A stretch of DNA of 52,810 nucleotides from Candidatus Sulfotelmatobacter sp. Its GTDB lineage: Bacteria; Chloroflexota; Limnocylindria; Limnocylindrales; CSP1-4. Of the stretch, positions 8,732 to 17,864 are shown piece after piece. Each line of letters begins with the position of its first letter. Position 1 is the stretch's first letter. Location of the stretch: contig DASPUH010000040.1 in assembly GCA_035622975.1 (NCBI GenBank), positions 1 to 52,810 of the forward strand, in the 5' to 3' direction. The notes below the pieces were generated by a model. It saw nothing but the letters and a program-made list of their open reading frames with translations, was not told the origin of the DNA and did no database searches. The position numbers were made by a program, and so were the translations under genes.

Positions 8732-9586
8732 ATGCCTGAGACGGCGGACGACCGACGCGAGCGCTGGGCGTTCGTTCTGGGCGCCAGCAGCGGCTTCGGC
8801 GCGGCCGCCTCCATCGCCCTGGCCCGCGCCGGCTACGGCATCGTCGGTGTCCACCTGGACCTGCGTGGCACGATCGCCGCGGCGGATGCCGTCCGGGAGC
8901 AGGTCGCCGCGGCGGGGGTGCCGGTCGTCTTCCACAACATCAACGCGGCCGACGCGGAGAAACGTGCGGCGGTCGTCGCGTCGACCCAGGCCACCTTCGC
9001 TGAGCGGCGGGAGGCCGGCGCGGATCCGTTCGTCGCGGTGATGCTGCACTCGCTGGCCTTCGGCACGACGCTGCCGTACATCGTGCCGGCCGGGGACGCC
9101 CGGGAGGTCAGCCAGAAGCAACTGGAGATGACCGCCGACGTGATGGCCCACTCGATGGTCTACTGGACGCGGGACCTCTACCACGCCGGCCTGCTCGCCG
9201 AGGGCAGCCGGCTCTTCGCCATGACGAGCGACGGCGCCACTCGCAACGTCCCCACGTACGGCCCGGTGAGCGCCGCCAAGGCGGCCCTGGAGTCACACGT
9301 CCGCCAGCTGGCGATGGAGCTCATCCCGGTCGGCATCACGGTCAACGCCATCCGGGCGGGCGTGACCGACACACCCGCGCTCCGCCGTATCCCGGGTCAC
9401 GAGGAGCTGCTCCAGGTGGCCGGCGAACGAAATCCGGCCGGCCGCCTCACACGACCAGAGGATGTGGCCGAGGCGATCGTGGCCCTCGCCTCGCCGCGCC
9501 TGCACTGGATGACGGGCAACACGATCGGCGTGGACGGCGGCGAGGCCGTGGGTTCGCGCCAGCTTGGCGTCGACCGCGACGCCTGA
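8732..9586 (+). CDS. SDR-family oxidoreductase with enoyl-reductase-type Y-x6-K motif (FabI/FabL-like)
   Basis: Only the last 284 aa of track ORF 7586-9586 look real; the rest is antisense to the GT gene. ATG 8732 is preceded by GGAGGA. Features: glycine-rich dinucleotide motif VLGASSGFGAAAS, catalytic YGPVSAAK (Y-x6-K), and C-terminal NTIGVDGG. Confidence 0.75.
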   Translation: MPETADDRRERWAFVLGASSGFGAAASIALARAGYGIVGVHLDLRGTIAAADAVREQVAAAGVPVVFHNINAADAEKRAAVVASTQATFAERREAGADPFVAVMLHSLAFGTTLPYIVPAGDAREVSQKQLEMTADVMAHSMVYWTRDLYHAGLLAEGSRLFAMTSDGATRNVPTYGPVSAAKAALESHVRQLAMELIPVGITVNAIRAGVTDTPALRRIPGHEELLQVAGERNPAGRLTRPEDVAEAIVALASPRLHWMTGNTIGVDGGEAVGSRQLGVDRDA

Positions 9587-10247
9587 GCCCCACCTGCCGC
9601 CGGCGGTGCGGCTCGGCAACCTCGGCGTCCGCCTGGGGCTTGCCCTCCTCGCCGACCGGATCGTGGTAGAAGGCGCGGACAGCCTGCCCGATGCGCCAGG
9701 CGTCATCGTGGCCTCCAACCACCTCTCGATCCTGGATCCGCCCCTCGTGACCGTGACCGTGGCCCGGCTCATCGGCCGCCAGGTGCGCTACATGGCCAAG
9801 GCCGAGGCGTTCGAGACGCCCGTGGTGGGCTCGATCCTGCGGGCATATGGCGGGTTCGGCGTACGGCGAGGGCGGGCCGACCGCGAGGCCTACCGGGCCG
9901 CCCACGAGGTGCTCGCCAGCGGCGCGTGGCTCGGCCTCGCGCCCGAGGGCACGCGCAGCCGCACCGGCCACCTGGGCGAGCCCAAGCCGGGCGTGGCGCT
10001 CCTGGCCGTCCGTTCCGGGGCGACCGTCCTGCCGGTCGGCATCAGCGGCTCCGACCGGGCGTGGCCGGTCGGAGCGCGCCTGCCCCGGCCGGGGTCACGC
10101 GTGACGATCCGCTTCGGCACCCCGTACCGGCCAGCTGCCCCGGAGAGCGAGAGTGACCGGCGCGGCGCGCTGGAGGCCGAATCGGAGGCCCTGATGCGAC
10201 GGATCGCGGCGCTCGTGGACCCCGGCTATCGCGGACGCTTCGGTTGA
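9564..10247 (+). CDS. plsC: 1-acyl-sn-glycerol-3-phosphate acyltransferase family (LPLAT/PlsC-like)
   Basis: H-x4-D motif (ASNHLSILDPP) and PEGTRS motif. The track start is TTG 9564, overlapping the SDR gene by 23 nt. An in-frame GTG at 9606 is an alternative start. Confidence 0.8.
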   Translation: MASTATPEPHLPPAVRLGNLGVRLGLALLADRIVVEGADSLPDAPGVIVASNHLSILDPPLVTVTVARLIGRQVRYMAKAEAFETPVVGSILRAYGGFGVRRGRADREAYRAAHEVLASGAWLGLAPEGTRSRTGHLGEPKPGVALLAVRSGATVLPVGISGSDRAWPVGARLPRPGSRVTIRFGTPYRPAAPESESDRRGALEAESEALMRRIAALVDPGYRGRFG

Positions 10248-10250
10248 CGC

Positions 10251-11639
10251 CTAGAAGGCGTCCAGGTAGTGCTCGATCTCCCAGCTGGTGACCTGGGCGC
10301 GGTAGCTGTCCCACTCCTCGGTCTTGGCGGCCACGAAGTGGTCGTACACGTGCTCACCGAGGGCGGCCCGCACGACGTCGTCCTGGCGCAGCGTCTCGAG
10401 CGCGTCGCCGAGGGTGCCCGGCAGCTCCTGGATGCCGTGCTCGGCGATGCGGGCAGCGCTCATCTCGAAGAGGCTCTCCTCCACCGGGTCACCCAGCTTG
10501 AGGCCCTTCTCGACGCCGTCGAGGCCGGCCGCGAGCATGACCGCGAAGGCGAGGTAGGGATTGGACGAGGGATCGGGGCAGCGCACCTCGATGCGGGTCG
10601 CCTCCACCGACCGGCCTGGCGAGGCCTTGGGCACGCGGATGAGCGCCGAGCGGTTGGTGCGGCCCCAGGTCAGGTAGGTGGGGGCCTCGTAGCCCGGCAC
10701 CAGCCGCTTATACGAGTTCACGGTCGGAGCGAGGACCGCGATCATGCCGCGCGCGTGAGCCAGGATGCCGGCCATGTAACTGCGGGCCAGGTCAGACAGG
10801 CCGTACTTGTTGGTCGAGTCCGCGAAGGCGTTGCGCCCCTCGGCCACGGAGTACAGGCTCTGGTGAGTGTGCATGCCCGACCCGTTGATGCCGTAGATGG
10901 GCTTGGGCATGAAGGTCGCGTACAGGCCGTGCAGGTTCGCGATGGCCTTGAGGGTGAACTTGAAGGTGATCGCGTTGTCGGCCGTCTTGAGGCCGTCGGC
11001 GTATTCGAAGTCGATCTCGTGCTGGCCCGCGGCGACCTCGTGGTGGGCCGCCTCGACACGGATGCCGAACGCTTCCAGCGCGTTGACCATGTCCTGGCGC
11101 ACCTCCTGGGCCAGGTCGGTGGAGAAGTCGAAGTAGCCGGCCTGGTCGTGGGGCAGGGGCGCCACGCGGCCGGCGTCATCGCGCCGGAACAGGAAGAACT
11201 CCAGCTCGGGACCGGTGTTCCAGATGTAGCCCAGCTTGCTGGCGCGCTCGATCTGCTTCTTGAGCACGAAGCGAGGATCACCCACGAAGGGGTCGCCGCC
11301 AGGGGTCATGACGTCGCAGATGACGCGCGCGGTGCCGCGGCTGCCCAGCGGGCCACTGCCCAGCGTGCCGTGGCCCGGCTGCCACGGGATCTCGGCGAAG
11401 GTGTCCATGTCCGGCTTGAGCCACTGGTCGCTCTCGGAGATGCGCGTGAAGCCCTCGATCGAGCTGCCGTCGAACCAGGTGCCGTCCTTGACCGAGCCGG
11501 CCAACTGGTGCAGCGGGATGGTGACGCTCTTGACGATGCCCAGGATGTCAGTGAACTGGAGCTGCACGAAGCGGATGTTGTGTTCCTTGGCCGCCTCGAT
11601 CTTGCCCAGCGCGTCCATGGTCCCGAACTCGATGGTCAA
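10251..11639 (-). CDS. glnA: glutamine synthetase, type I
   Basis: Full-length GS pattern (NIRFVQLQFTDILGIVKSV, GSGMHTHQSL, NSYKRLVPGYEAP). I prefer TTG 11639, which lies 6 nt after AAGGAG (11646-11651). ATG 11618 is the alternative. The track start 11726 adds a non-GS extension. Confidence 0.9.
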   Translation of the reverse strand: MTIEFGTMDALGKIEAAKEHNIRFVQLQFTDILGIVKSVTIPLHQLAGSVKDGTWFDGSSIEGFTRISESDQWLKPDMDTFAEIPWQPGHGTLGSGPLGSRGTARVICDVMTPGGDPFVGDPRFVLKKQIERASKLGYIWNTGPELEFFLFRRDDAGRVAPLPHDQAGYFDFSTDLAQEVRQDMVNALEAFGIRVEAAHHEVAAGQHEIDFEYADGLKTADNAITFKFTLKAIANLHGLYATFMPKPIYGINGSGMHTHQSLYSVAEGRNAFADSTNKYGLSDLARSYMAGILAHARGMIAVLAPTVNSYKRLVPGYEAPTYLTWGRTNRSALIRVPKASPGRSVEATRIEVRCPDPSSNPYLAFAVMLAAGLDGVEKGLKLGDPVEESLFEMSAARIAEHGIQELPGTLGDALETLRQDDVVRAALGEHVYDHFVAAKTEEWDSYRAQVTSWEIEHYLDAF

Positions 11640-11764
11640 CAGAGTCTCCTTCGCAGCGCGTGCCCCGGCACGGCGTGACTTGTACGCCACGCCCACATCG
11701 CCGAAGTGTAGCCCGCCGCTGGTCACCGGACGACGCCCTGGGGCCCCTTCCCGCGCGGTCCGGT

Positions 11765-13237
11765 TCAGTCGTTTTGCACTAATCGCAGGGCAAGCAGGAG
11801 GGCGAGCCGCAGGTCCGGGTCGTCGAGCTCCCAGCCGGTGAGGCGGTCCAGCACTCGCAGCCGGTAGGCCAGCGTGTTGCGGTGGATGCCCAGGCCCGCG
11901 GCGGCTGCGGCGAGACCAGGCTGCTCAAGGACGGCGCGCAGCGTCGCCAGTCGCCGGGCACGGCTGCCGGGGCGGCCATCCAAAAGCGGGGCCAGGAGGC
12001 GCTGGGCCTGCGTGTGCCCGTCGGGCACGTTGTGCAGGTTGCTCAGGAGGCGGTAGGCAGCCTGCCGGTCGGCACGCACGATCCTCCGGTCCGGCCGCCC
12101 GGCCGGCGGCAGTGCGCTGGCCGCATCCAGGGTGGCCCGCGCTTCGGCCTCGGCCGTGGCGCGCGCCTCGGGTGCACCGAACGGCTGCGACACCGCCACC
12201 GGCCGGCCCGCGACCGCGGCCACGCGCTCGGCGAGCCGCAGGGCCAGCGGATCGTCCGGCGGGGCGGCCGCCACCAGGCGCAGCTCGAGGCTGTCGGCAT
12301 CACCGCGGAGCTGCAGCTGACGGGCCCCGACCAACCGGCGGACCCGCCCCCGCAGCGCTTCCCGTGCCTCGCGCGTGTCCGCTTCTCCCAAGCCGCCCTG
12401 GCGGGCCATCAGGACGACCCACGGCGGGCCAGCCGCGGGGAAGCCTTCGGGTCGGCGGGCACGGGGACGGGCCGCAGGCGCCACGTGTCCCAGGGCCAGG
12501 GCCATCAGCGCCGCCACACGCCGCGCGATCGTGCGCTCCAGCTCGGTGATCGGCTCGGGGCCCAGCAGGACCAGGGCTGTCCCTCCGGCCAGCGGCGCGC
12601 GCAGGGCCACGGCACGGGGATCGGCCAGGTACCGCGCCGCAGCACGCGACGCGGTCGGCGGGCGCGGCGGGGCATGGACGGCCAGGACCTCCCCGGCAGC
12701 GCCTTCCAGGGCCACGGCGCGCCCCACGAACGTCGCCACGGCCCCGGCCAGCGCGTCGGGTCCCGCGCCCGTCAGGGCCAGGCGTTCCAGGTCGGCCTCC
12801 AGCGCCGCTGCCTGGCGATCGAGCTCGGCGCGCGCGTTGACCAGGTACCCGATGACCGCTCGTTCCAGGCGTTCGGCGTCCCCGGCGGCAAGCCGCAGGA
12901 CGGGCAGGCCCATCGCGCCTGCCTCCCCCGCCACGCCCACCGCAGCAGGGCCTGGTTCCGAGCCCTCCCCCGGGCCCAGGAGGAGGAGTGCGCAGGCCCC
13001 GGCGCCGCGGACCCGTGCTGCCAGGGCGTCACCAGCCTCCACCTCCGCCCTGAGGAGCTCCAGCGCCGCCTCGGGCACGATGGCCAGGTCCCCCGGCTCC
13101 AGCGCGTCGAAGGCGGGCGTACGGGCCTTCATGACCCTCACCCAGGCGACCGGCGCGTCGAGGCGTGCCGGACCCGGAGGCGCCAACCGCAGCGCGGTGG
13201 GGAAGACCGCCAGCTGCACGTCGCCGAGCGTGGGCAC
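11765..13237 (-). CDS. PucR-family transcriptional regulator
   Basis: C-terminal PucR-type HTH (LGIHRNTLAYRLRVLDRLTGWELDDPDLRLALLLALRL). The start is set at in-frame GTG 13237 (VPTLGDVQLAVFP...), 2 nt after the resB stop. The upstream 171 aa in the track ORF are Arg/Pro/Gly junk overlapping resB. Confidence 0.75.
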   Translation of the reverse strand: MPTLGDVQLAVFPTALRLAPPGPARLDAPVAWVRVMKARTPAFDALEPGDLAIVPEAALELLRAEVEAGDALAARVRGAGACALLLLGPGEGSEPGPAAVGVAGEAGAMGLPVLRLAAGDAERLERAVIGYLVNARAELDRQAAALEADLERLALTGAGPDALAGAVATFVGRAVALEGAAGEVLAVHAPPRPPTASRAAARYLADPRAVALRAPLAGGTALVLLGPEPITELERTIARRVAALMALALGHVAPAARPRARRPEGFPAAGPPWVVLMARQGGLGEADTREAREALRGRVRRLVGARQLQLRGDADSLELRLVAAAPPDDPLALRLAERVAAVAGRPVAVSQPFGAPEARATAEAEARATLDAASALPPAGRPDRRIVRADRQAAYRLLSNLHNVPDGHTQAQRLLAPLLDGRPGSRARRLATLRAVLEQPGLAAAAAGLGIHRNTLAYRLRVLDRLTGWELDDPDLRLALLLALRLVQND

Positions 13238-13239
13238 GC

Positions 13240-14655
13240 TCAGGTCCGCGCGCGCTCCGGGACGACGTCCCAGCGAGCAGCGAGGCCATCGAGCAGCTGC
13301 CCGAACTCGCGCTCGACCGGCACGTAGCGGTCGGCCAGCATGGCCACCTGGACGCGGCCCGCGTCGAACCGCGCCCATACCCGCCGCCGCGGGAAGTAGA
13401 AGGTCAGGATCAGCCCGCTGATGAGGCACAGGAAGGCGACCCAGATGAGGTCCTGGCCCGGGTCCTTCTTGATGACCATGCCGCTGAACTGGCTCGCCTC
13501 CACCCAGCGCACCCGGTACCCACCCGTGACCGTAGGGTCGCTCGTCGCCCCGAGCGTGAGTCCGGCGGCGAACACGGGCTGGAGCTGGCCCTGGTCGTTG
13601 CCCGCAGCGACCCCGAGCAAGGTCAGGCTGGGCGCCCCCTGCGCGTCGGTGCCGAGCAGACCCAGTAGGCCGATCGGCGCGCCGGGGATGGTCATGAAGC
13701 CCTGTGGTTGGCCGCTGATCGAGCCGTCCAGGATCATCGGTCCCGACCACACCAGGTTCCCGTTCGAGTCCCGGATCTCGAGGTCCTCCGCGGGCCCGAA
13801 GGTGTTCTGGTGGAACACGAAGCCGTCGAAGGTGAGCGGCTCGTTCACGCGGATGGTCGCCTGGGCGACCTGCCGCCCATCCTGGTATACGGCGAGGTCG
13901 GTCCGGTAGTCCTCGTACGTCCCATCGGGGCGCTGGGGGGCCTGGAAGCCCAGGTTCTTGATGAGCAGGTTGTCGGGCGTCCCGACCGGCTGGACCGGCG
14001 CGGTCTGGCCCTGACCGACGAAGACGACGGTCTCGAAGCCGAACGCACCGGTGATCGCCCCACCGGCCAGGAAGAGGATCAGGCCGAGGTGCGTGAGGAG
14101 GGTGGCCAGCTTGAAGTACTGGTTCCGATCGCCGTAGACGTGGCGCACCCCGTCGGCGTCGACCGTCTCACGGACCTTGAAGCGGTGCCGCCGCAGGTAG
14201 TCGACCGCCGCCGCCGGAGCCAGCTCGGCGGCCACGAAGGCCGCCCGCTCATTGAGGTGCAGGTCGAAGAACGGCCCCGGCTGGGTCGGCCGGACGTCGT
14301 GCACGCCGCGCCACAGGCGCGGTGTCCGGTCGAGCGTGCAGACGACGATGCTGACCGCCAACAGCGACAGGACGCTGGTGAACCAGACGGCGCTGAAGAC
14401 GTTGAAGAAGCCCAGGGCGAGGAACACGTCGACCAGCGAGGGTCCCACGTGGACGCCCAGGATCGTCAGCGGATCGTACCGCGCGTGCAGGTCGGCCAGC
14501 TCGGAGGCGTACTGCGTGGGATCCTGGAAGGCCGAGGCCGGGATCTGCCGCAGGAGCGTGCCGATCAGGCCGGCCGCCACGACGATGATGATCTGGACGA
14601 CCGTGAACCTGACGTCGGTCATCGTCGCCCACAACGCGGCCCCCGCCCGTGTCAC
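13240..14655 (-). CDS. resB: cytochrome c biogenesis protein ResB/Ccs1 (System II)
   Basis: 471 aa with typical topology: N-terminal TM pair, a THLGLILFLAGG helix, a large extracytoplasmic domain and a final TM (LIWVAFLCLISGLILTFYF). ATG 14622 (MTDVRF...) is a possible alternative start. Confidence 0.85.
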   Translation of the reverse strand: MTRAGAALWATMTDVRFTVVQIIIVVAAGLIGTLLRQIPASAFQDPTQYASELADLHARYDPLTILGVHVGPSLVDVFLALGFFNVFSAVWFTSVLSLLAVSIVVCTLDRTPRLWRGVHDVRPTQPGPFFDLHLNERAAFVAAELAPAAAVDYLRRHRFKVRETVDADGVRHVYGDRNQYFKLATLLTHLGLILFLAGGAITGAFGFETVVFVGQGQTAPVQPVGTPDNLLIKNLGFQAPQRPDGTYEDYRTDLAVYQDGRQVAQATIRVNEPLTFDGFVFHQNTFGPAEDLEIRDSNGNLVWSGPMILDGSISGQPQGFMTIPGAPIGLLGLLGTDAQGAPSLTLLGVAAGNDQGQLQPVFAAGLTLGATSDPTVTGGYRVRWVEASQFSGMVIKKDPGQDLIWVAFLCLISGLILTFYFPRRRVWARFDAGRVQVAMLADRYVPVEREFGQLLDGLAARWDVVPERART

Positions 14656-14727
14656 GGGGTCGCCGTACGAGGCGACGCGGCGTCGACTCAGGGTCGCGGT
14701 GGCGATGGCCGGCTCCCGCCGCCCCGA

Positions 14728-15939
14728 TCAGGCCGGGACGCCGACGGCGGCCGCCGCGGCCAGGCCCGTCGCCAGCTCCGCGGCCAGATCCTCCTCATCC
14801 TCCAGGCCGACCGAGATGCGCACGAGGCCCTCGGCGATGCCGGCCGCCGCCAGCTCTGCCGCTGACAGCTGCCGATGGGTGGTCGAGGGCGGATGGACGG
14901 CCATGGTGAAGACGCTGCCCAGCGACGCCGTCCGCTGGGGCACCGTGAGGGCGTCGATGAAGGCGGCCGCGGCGTCGCGCGGGCCAAGGTCGAGCGCCAG
15001 CATGCCGCCCCCCGCGCGCAGCTCCCGTGCGGCCACGGCCGCCTGCGGGTGGCTGGCCAGGCCGGGGTAGTAGACACCCCGCGGGACGGGTGAGGCCGAG
15101 GCCTGGCGGGCGAGGCTCAGGGCGGTCGAGGAGTGCCGATCCATGCGCACGGCCAGCGTCTCGATGCCCCGCAGGACGAGGAAGGCACTGAACGGGGCGA
15201 TGGTCCCCCCGATATCGATCTGGGCTGCGGCGACGGGGGCCACCAGCTCACGTGAACCGCAGACCGATCCGGCCAGGACGTCCGAATGCCCGCCCAGCCA
15301 CTTCGTGCACGACTCGATGACCAGGTCGGCGCCGAGCTCGAGCGGCCGGCACAGGTAGGGGGACGCGAACGTGTTGTCGACCACGACCGTCAGGCCGTGC
15401 CGATGGCCCACCGCGGCCAGCGCCGCCAGGTCGGCCACGACGAGGGTCGGATTGGAGATCGTCTCCAGGTACATGACGCGTGTGCGCCGCGTGATGGCCG
15501 CCTCGACCGCGGCGAGATCGGTCGGGTCGACGAACGTGGCCGCGATCCCGAAGCGGGCCAGGACGGTCGTGATGAGCGCTCGCGTGCTGCCGTAGACGGC
15601 CTGCGTCACGACGACGTGGTCGCCCTGGCCCAGGTGCGCGCTCAGCGTCCCGCTGATGGCGCCCATGCCCGAATCGAACGTGAGGCCCGCCTCAGCGCCC
15701 TCGAGTGTCGCGATGGCCTCGGCCAGGATCGTCGCCGTGGGATGCCCCAGGCGCGAATAGGCGTAACCCTCGCGCCGCCCCTGCAGCACCGCGCCCAGCT
15801 CCTCGCTCTCCTCCGCGGAGAACGTCACGGCCTGGTAGATGGGGACCGCGTTGGGCGCCTGCAGCACGCGCGGGACGCGCGACGCCGCACGCAGCGCTCG
15901 CGTGGAGAAGCCGGGCGAGCGGACGGGTTCGTCGGCCAT
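14728..15939 (-). CDS. Cys/Met-metabolism PLP-dependent enzyme (cystathionine gamma-synthase / methionine gamma-lyase / sulfhydrylase family)
   Basis: 403 aa. Family pattern YSRLGHPT, DNTFASPYLCRPLELGADLVIESCTKWLGGHSD (PLP lysine in TKW), RISVGLED. Subfamily not resolvable by eye. Confidence 0.85.
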   Translation of the reverse strand: MADEPVRSPGFSTRALRAASRVPRVLQAPNAVPIYQAVTFSAEESEELGAVLQGRREGYAYSRLGHPTATILAEAIATLEGAEAGLTFDSGMGAISGTLSAHLGQGDHVVVTQAVYGSTRALITTVLARFGIAATFVDPTDLAAVEAAITRRTRVMYLETISNPTLVVADLAALAAVGHRHGLTVVVDNTFASPYLCRPLELGADLVIESCTKWLGGHSDVLAGSVCGSRELVAPVAAAQIDIGGTIAPFSAFLVLRGIETLAVRMDRHSSTALSLARQASASPVPRGVYYPGLASHPQAAVAARELRAGGGMLALDLGPRDAAAAFIDALTVPQRTASLGSVFTMAVHPPSTTHRQLSAAELAAAGIAEGLVRISVGLEDEEDLAAELATGLAAAAAVGVPA

Positions 15940-15971
15940 GGGCGGTCATGCTACACCGGCATGACCCCGGG

Positions 15972-17864
15972 TCACCCGGGCGGGTCCACGGCCTCCGAAG
16001 CATCGTCAGGCCCGGTCAGGAACTGCCGCATCGTCCGTTCGAACTGCGCCTCGTCGCCCTGCGGCGTGATGCGGAAGCGACGCGGCCGGTCGCCTCGCCT
16101 GGCATCGCCGGCGGGTCCCGGTCGCTCGGCGCGGACCGGCGGCCGCTGGGAGGCGCCATGTTCGGCAGCCACCCGGAGCAGCCGGTCGCGCTCCGGGGCC
16201 CGCGAACGGGCGACGCGTTCGCCCGGGCCCGCGCCGGCGAGGGATGGCGACGTCGGGCGCGCCATCGCCCGCGTGGCATGGCCGGCGGGCTCGGCCAGCG
16301 GAGCGAACGGCCGCCGCGGCCACGCCAGGCCGGCGGCCACGGTGTCGGCCCGCCGTCCCCCGAACGCCGGGCCGAGGGCTGGCGACGGGATCCGCCAGGC
16401 CCCACCGGCCGGCCGCACGCGCACGGCCGGCGACGTGGCCGTCACGGGACGCACCGCCGGTGGCGGGAAGTGAGCGGCCACGGGCGCTGCCACCGGCACC
16501 GGACCCGGCTGGGGCGACGGAGCCGTCGCGGCGGGGGCCACGGCCACCGGTACCGTGGGCAGCGGGATGGTCACGATCGGCGCCTCGCCAGCCGGGACCG
16601 TGGCCAGGACGGCCGCGGGCGATGGTTGCGGGAGGAGCATCGGGCGGCCGCCGCGGGCGAGGCGGACGCGGTCCCGGCCGCCCCGCTTGGAGGCGTACAT
16701 GGCCGCGTCGGCGGCCTCCAGAAGCTCGTTCGCCGTATCCCCATCGGCCGGGAAACTGGCCACCCCGACCGAGATGGAGGTGCGCACGACCCACGTGCCG
16801 GCATCGACACGGATCTCGTTGACCCCCTCCCGCAGCTGATCCGCCAGGATCACCGCGCCGGCCTCCTCGGTCTCCGGCAGCAGGATCATGAACTCGTCGC
16901 CGCCGACCCGGCCCGCCGTGTCGATCCCCCGGATGCGGCTGCCGATGACCTCGCCGACAGCGCGCAGGATGCGATCGCCCATGGGGTGGCCGAACGTGTC
17001 GTTGATCGGCTTCAGGCCGTCAAGGTCCGCGGCCAGGACGCAGAACCCGCGGCGGGTGCGACGCGCGCGCTGGATCTCACGGTCCAGCACGGCCATGACG
17101 TAGGCGCGGTTGGCGAGTCGCGTGAGCGGATCGATGAGCGACAACCGCACGGCGGCGTCACGCGTCGTCCGCTGGGCGCGCGCCACGACCGACGCCAGGT
17201 ACGAGACGAGCCAGAAGGCGACCAGCCCGGCCACGAGCCGGGCCACGTCCAGCGTCGCCAGCGGCTGGGCAGCCTGGACCAGGAAGACCGTCACGAGGTA
17301 GAGGATGGAGATGGAGGCCGCCAGCAGGAAGTTGGTGCGCGCATCCACGAGCAGGGCCGCGCCCGCGGCGATCAGGAAGTAGCCCACGACGAATGGGCTC
17401 GAGGCGCCGCCAGTCAGGGCCACGAGGAGCGTCACGACGGCGACCGTGCCGGTCCCCTCCAGGACGAACTTGCCCGGTCCCAGGATGCGCGACGGCAACA
17501 GGTCGTGGACGAAGACCACCGACAGGGCTGCCACGCCGAGCAGCACGTAGATGGCCGCCGTCGTCGTGGGCCACGCCCCGCTGACCGCCACGGCGACCGC
17601 GGCGGCCCCCAGGAAGCCGTAGCTCACCAACCGCACAGCCGCCTCGGAAGTCAGGCGCGACACCCCGCCCGTGTCCGCCGCGTCACCCTGAGCGGCGGCG
17701 ACCTCGAGCGCGATCTCGCCAAGGTCCGGTGGCACCAGCAGATCCGGATCGTCGCCCCCGGGCAGGCGGCGACCCAGCAGCGACGGCAGGACGAGGATGA
17801 GCAGGAGCAGCACGTTCGCGACGAGCGCGCCTGCTAGGAGCAGCTGGAGCTGGGCAACGGTCAT
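15972..17864 (-). CDS. membrane-anchored diguanylate cyclase (GGDEF) with long Pro/Ala-rich C-terminal tail
   Basis: About 230-aa N-terminal multi-TM region. GGDEF domain (DPLTRLANR...GRVGGDEFMILLP...ASKRGGRDRV) with an RxxD I-site (RGID) 5 residues before GGDEF. The C-terminal tail of about 230 aa is low-complexity. Confidence 0.9.
   Translation of the reverse strand: MTVAQLQLLLAGALVANVLLLLILVLPSLLGRRLPGGDDPDLLVPPDLGEIALEVAAAQGDAADTGGVSRLTSEAAVRLVSYGFLGAAAVAVAVSGAWPTTTAAIYVLLGVAALSVVFVHDLLPSRILGPGKFVLEGTGTVAVVTLLVALTGGASSPFVVGYFLIAAGAALLVDARTNFLLAASISILYLVTVFLVQAAQPLATLDVARLVAGLVAFWLVSYLASVVARAQRTTRDAAVRLSLIDPLTRLANRAYVMAVLDREIQRARRTRRGFCVLAADLDGLKPINDTFGHPMGDRILRAVGEVIGSRIRGIDTAGRVGGDEFMILLPETEEAGAVILADQLREGVNEIRVDAGTWVVRTSISVGVASFPADGDTANELLEAADAAMYASKRGGRDRVRLARGGRPMLLPQPSPAAVLATVPAGEAPIVTIPLPTVPVAVAPAATAPSPQPGPVPVAAPVAAHFPPPAVRPVTATSPAVRVRPAGGAWRIPSPALGPAFGGRRADTVAAGLAWPRRPFAPLAEPAGHATRAMARPTSPSLAGAGPGERVARSRAPERDRLLRVAAEHGASQRPPVRAERPGPAGDARRGDRPRRFRITPQGDEAQFERTMRQFLTGPDDASEAVDPPG

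Noticed and set aside
7586-9586. 666-aa ORF suggesting a large fusion protein
   Set aside because: Only the last 284 aa (from ATG 8732, with an SD) form an SDR. The first 382 aa are antisense to the glycosyltransferase at 7499-8632 and have junk composition.
11681-11697. TnrA/GlnR-like box (TGTNA-N7-TNACA) upstream of glnA: TGTAC-GCCACGC-CCACA
   Set aside because: Only the outer TGT...ACA triplets are symmetric, and both half-sites miss the conserved inner positions. This level of match is expected by chance.
15705-17837. 710-aa plus-strand ORF
   Set aside because: It is antisense to the GGDEF cyclase and the end of the PLP enzyme gene, with a junk-like Arg/Pro/Gly sequence.
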